64,000 nt of DNA, taken from assembly GCA_002633005.1 (NCBI GenBank), contig NMRA01000665.1, positions 1-64,000 of the forward strand. Direction: 5' to 3'. The notes below the pieces were generated by a model that saw nothing but the letters and a program-made list of their open reading frames with translations, searched no databases and was not told the DNA's origin. Source of the stretch: Phoronis australis (Eukaryota > Animalia > Phoronida). Shown in pieces: positions 60,078 to 64,000 of this stretch (its first letter is position 1; the number at the start of each line of letters is the position of its first letter). The position numbers and the translations under genes were made by a program.

Positions 60078-60416
60078 ATGACGAGCTGTTAGAAGGCGAT
60101 GGTGGAGACGATGATGAAGATATGACTGATGCTGACGATCTATTGGCCGGCGAGGGAGACAGTAATGAGCCAATGGAAGAGAAGGAGGAGGAGACAAATG
60201 GAGAGGAGCAACAAAAGGGCGTGCAGGGAGACCAGGAGCAACAAAAGAGCGTGGATGGCCAGAAGGAGCAACGAGAGAGTGTGGAGGGTGATGGAGAGCA
60301 ACAAAAGAGCATGGAAGGTGAGGAGACGGCAGAGGAGGGTGGTGAGAAGGAAACGGAAAAAGATGACAAGACTGCAAAGACGAATAGCGAGGCAGAGGCT
60401 AAGAAAGATAGTACAG
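60078..60416 (+). CDS. Acidic/RRM protein, exon 3 (E/D-rich; four 10-aa repeats at 60206-60325)
   Basis: Phase 1-1, 339 bp; EQQKGVQGDQ / EQQKSVDGQK / EQRESVEGDG / EQQKSMEGEE. Confidence 0.85.
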
Positions 60417-60924
60417 GTACTGTTTTGGAGCAGTCAAATAAAATCGGGTAATAATCACTTAGGAGGTTCTTGGATTTTGAGAACCAGTTTCCTCCACTGA
60501 ATAATGGACGTCAAAATGGTTCTCAAAGTCCGGCTCCCTTGTAAGTGGATATTGATGAAACTCACTTCGCCATGCATTTTAAGCTCAGGTGTCAGTGATC
60601 TGATTTTTTGTTCATTTTTAGTTATATCAACTAATTAAACATAAACCCAGAAACTATTGTAATTTGCGGGCTACAGTGGTTTAAAAAAGTGGGCAAATTC
60701 TGTCAAGAATTTTGCTGCTTTAGTGGAAAGACGGGCGAAAAACAAATTATTGTAAATCATTTGAAAATAAGCCATCAGTTGTACCCTTGATGTTTTGCCA
60801 ATTTTTGATGGAGAAAATTTTTGTCAACTTTTAAAACTACTGTACTTACTCATGCTGTGTCGCTGCGCTAAATGGATTGTTGAATGTTTTAAAATTTTGT
60901 TCATCATACTACTACTTATTGCAG

Positions 60925-60969
60925 AAAATAAACGGTCGCCTCCAGAAAATGTTGTCGGCTTTTTGCAAG
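60925..60969 (+). CDS. Acidic/RRM protein, exon 4 (45 bp)
   Basis: Acceptor ttattgcag, donor AAG|GTAAGC; ENKRSPPENVVGFLQ; phase 1-1. Confidence 0.75.
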
Positions 60970-61580
60970 GTAAGCAATTATTTATTTGATGAAACAATAC
61001 AAAATATGTGAAGGCTGTTACTGGTGAGATATCTACAAGGATGGTGTATCTTGACATTAATGAGCTAATTTTTCAAATGTTTATATGTGAGTGAAACTTA
61101 TTCGTTATAAATGCACGTTCAATGTAAGGTATACTTTGTAAGCAAGAATAATTTTTTTAGTTAACAGTCCCATAAAACTAGATGTATCTAAATCCTTGTT
61201 GATCAGAGAATCTTATTGTGTGCACACAAGCAATGCTCAGATGCTCATAATTATGTGATTGTGTTTGTTCTACGTAGAAGTTATTTCTCATGCAGACCGC
61301 TAAATTTTCCACTCGCGCAAAACGTCAAAATTCTGTTTTTTTATTCTATTTGCTAGAAATTAGTCTCCAGGGTATTCTTTGAAGGCTTTTGTAAACCAAG
61401 GTCTCAGCTGTCAAAAATCATTAACAGTTTCTTTCAAGGAATGTTGATTTTTTCATTTTTGACAATGCAACTCTGGGGCTAAAGGACCAAGAAAATTCCT
61501 GGCATTTTGGCACTGAATTTAACGAGCTTGTATAGTCATTACTCAGTAATATTTTTCAAGCTGGAGAGTTAGTTCTTCAT

Positions 61581-61675
61581 GTTCAAGCTTGACCAATATT
61601 GTTCAAGCTTGACCAATATTGCTCAAACTTGACCAATATTGTTCATGCTTGACCAGTATTATTAAAGCTTGTCCA
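61581..61675. repeat. 20-bp minisatellite, ~4.7 units (intronic)
   Basis: GTTCAAGCTTGACCAATATT units. Confidence 0.9.
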
Positions 61676-62495
61676 TAAGCAGGGTTTTTAAATCTTTTTG
61701 GACCAACCTTTTTAATATTGCATACCAACCTCAAATAACCTTTATAGCCTGCAATGTCAAATACGTGTGGCAGGTGACAGTACTTTGGTGCTCGGCATTG
61801 CACGAAGTATTTTGCCGCGTAGAGGTCTCAGGTCATGTTTATTTTGAATGCACAGCTATGTGATGTCTTCCAAAGTTAGTGGCATTTCGATTTTGAGCGT
61901 GAGGCAGCACCCTCCTGTCCTTGTAAGTATAGCCTCACGATGCATGGATTATCCAGAAAGTTTCGTCCTTCAACCACGAATGCAAATCCTTGCCATAACA
62001 GAATTTTCTTGCCCCCACATTACTAGTTCTTTTCTATGAACAAGCTATCTTTGCTCAAGCCAATTTCCATTTCCATCTAACGCAGTTTGATGGGCGTTTT
62101 GTTTTCAACAGTTTCAATTCTGAGGCAATGGGAAGGACGGTATACCATTAACTGTAAATTAGAAAATAAAATTTGTCAAGAATGAAACAAAAAATTTGCT
62201 CATGAATTCCCACTTTAAGAGACAGACAAAGTAATAAGTAAGATATAGCTGCCTTCATCGAGTGAAGCCAGATGCATGTACATATATATGAAACGCTTCT
62301 AAATGGCCATAAGCACGCGTTCCATCATTCAAGTCGGAGTTCAAAATTATACCCTAGTTAGTAGTGTCTGGTGTTGTTTTTTAAAGTGTGACTGATAACG
62401 TTCAGTTTAATGACACTGCAGACTATTAAAATAATTATAATAATAATTATAATGCATATAGTTGTATCGTGTAATACAAAATGTATGGATTTCAG

Positions 62496-62649
62496 AAATT
62501 GCTGAGTTCAAGAAACTGTGCCGAGTCTACTGTTACCCCGTGTCTTATGATGATCTGGCCATACCAGAGTTTAAAGAAATTCTCATGTCGTCGACGGCCG
62601 GTTTCCGCTTCTCCTACATCTGGGACTCAGTGAACGAAAGCGAATGCAG
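62496..62649 (+). CDS. Acidic/RRM protein, exon 5
   Basis: EIAEFKKLCRVYCYPVSYDDLAIPEFKEILMSSTAGFRFSYIWDSVNESEC; phase 1-2. Confidence 0.78.
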
Positions 62650-63023
62650 GTACTAGATTCTAGAATTAAAAATTTCTTGGAATTTTGGTTTTCCAAATTT
62701 AAAGAAGAAGTGTTGGTGTAATGCGGGGGGGGGGAGTGACGAGGTCGAATTTATAACTCTTGGAATTTTCCTCTTTTCAGAGGATTTCCTCTTTTTTGTC
62801 TCTTTTTTATCACTGTTTTGACTTTATTCATGCGAAAACATTTATTTCAGTTAAATTTTAGAACACAAAAATATTTCTGTCACCTAGAAAATTTTCCTCT
62901 TTTTGTCATTGGTCATTTGAAGCCCTGAATTTAGCGTGGCTTATGGACTGGTTGTAGTCATCAAAATGAGTGGAGAGCAGAACTGTCTGTGACTCCTCAG
63001 TTAATCGTTGATAAAATTGTAAT

Positions 63024-63136
63024 GAGGGGGGAATATTGTGGCGAGGGGGAATTTTATGGTGGGGGGGATGTTGTGGCGAGAGGGAATGTCGTAGCGATGG
63101 GGTAATGTTGTGGCGAGGAGGAATATTGCGGCGAGG
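63024..63136. repeat. G-rich ~19-bp minisatellite, ~6 units (intronic)
   Basis: GAGGGGGAATATTGTGGC-like units. Confidence 0.8.
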
Positions 63137-63564
63137 TAGTCGTGAGTCATGCCATGTGATGATTTGTTAAGACATGTTTTAATGGTCTTGTCTGTCAGCC
63201 AAGACTGTCATGGTAGACTTCAAATATATTTTAAAATTATAGTTAGTCTAGTTAGATTTGTGAAAAGTTATGAGATGTTTCGCACATGCTGTTTGGTGTT
63301 GTTTGTACTTGTGCAAAGGGTTTTATCTCCAGCATGTGCCTTTCAGAAAATAAAAGTAAAAATTCACCAATTTGAAAAAATCAACTCTAGATCTGGGGAG
63401 GCAGGTTGTCTGCCAAAATTAGTTTGTTCTGTATCTCTATGAAACTGTGTATTATGGATGAATCCTTGTTTGGTAACTATTTTGCAAATGTTTTTTCAAA
63501 ACTATTAAATTAAGCGTGCAAGTACTTACACTGATAAAACTCTACATTAGTCATGTGCTTTCAG

Positions 63565-63695
63565 CTTCTGCGAGTTTCAAGCAGTGGATCCCGTGGACGC
63601 GCAAGGTCTGAAGGACAAACTACAGGGGATCTGTGTTGGACCCAACAGAGACATCCCACTTATTGTGGACAATGACCAATCATCTTCTGACACAG
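63565..63695 (+). CDS. Acidic/RRM protein, exon 6 (gene continues past the window)
   Basis: Phase-2 acceptor gctttcag; SFCEFQAVDPVDAQGLKDKLQGICVGPNRDIPLIVDNDQSSSDT; donor CAG|GTAATT. Confidence 0.78.
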
Positions 63696-64000
63696 GTAAT
63701 TCACTGGCATCAGTATCAGCCCTCCCACTGTGCACATCTTAAGTGGTCAGACAAAATGTGATCTAGTACAAACATCGGGGTTGAATATGAGGGTTGAAAA
63801 TTACGAAATGTGAGATTTTAAGAAAGTTAACAATATTGCTAAGACTAATGATGCCAGTAACCAGTGTCCTTGGATCTTTCATTTATTTTTGACCAGCTAA
63901 TGGCACGTTGTTCGCAAGTTGATTGAATTCACGATTTGTATATTTGAGGAGGTCAGTAGAAGACTTGCATCGGTCACGACTATTTTCCTCTTTCCAGGCC

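Noticed and set aside
60552-60603. Intronic box C (TGATGA) / box D (CTGA) pair
   Set aside because: Only ~52 nt, no terminal stem and no guide complementarity that I can recognise.
61581-61675. Regularly repeated 20-mer as a CRISPR-like array
   Set aside because: Head-to-tail minisatellite without spacers, in a eukaryotic intron.
63151-63214. snoRNA-like segment with GTGATGA and a CCATG/CATGG terminal stem
   Set aside because: The box D position reads CTGT rather than CTGA; unsupported without a covariance-model hit.

Overview
Animal (invertebrate-like) genomic DNA: AT-rich, intron-rich, with GT-AG splicing and several assembly gaps. It is not prokaryotic, so most entries in the supplied ORF track are noise. 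By reading splice sites and phases I reconstruct four spliced genes. (1) A secreted protein with Thr/Pro repeats and a CxxC motif (2801-4219+, 3' end unresolved). (2) An SGLT-type SLC5 sodium/solute symporter (26832-40928+), with 13 exons visible and two expected exons missing at a gap. (3) A signal peptide plus 5-6 divergent Sushi/CCP modules plus a GPI-signal-like tail (50633-41465-), possibly with a frame-shifting mini-exon. (4) An acidic-N-terminus plus RRM-like protein with nucleolin-like architecture (from 55116+, runs off the window). At 18020-24874 is a young BEL/Pao LTR element with a GAATA target-site duplication, a tRNA-His primer-binding site and an open 703-codon gag-protease ORF but no RT, RNase H or integrase. 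Its 5' LTR is interrupted by a Ty3/Gypsy element. MITEs, tRNA-derived SINEs and tandem repeats fill intergenic and intronic space. No database searches were run; all family assignments come from motif recognition.
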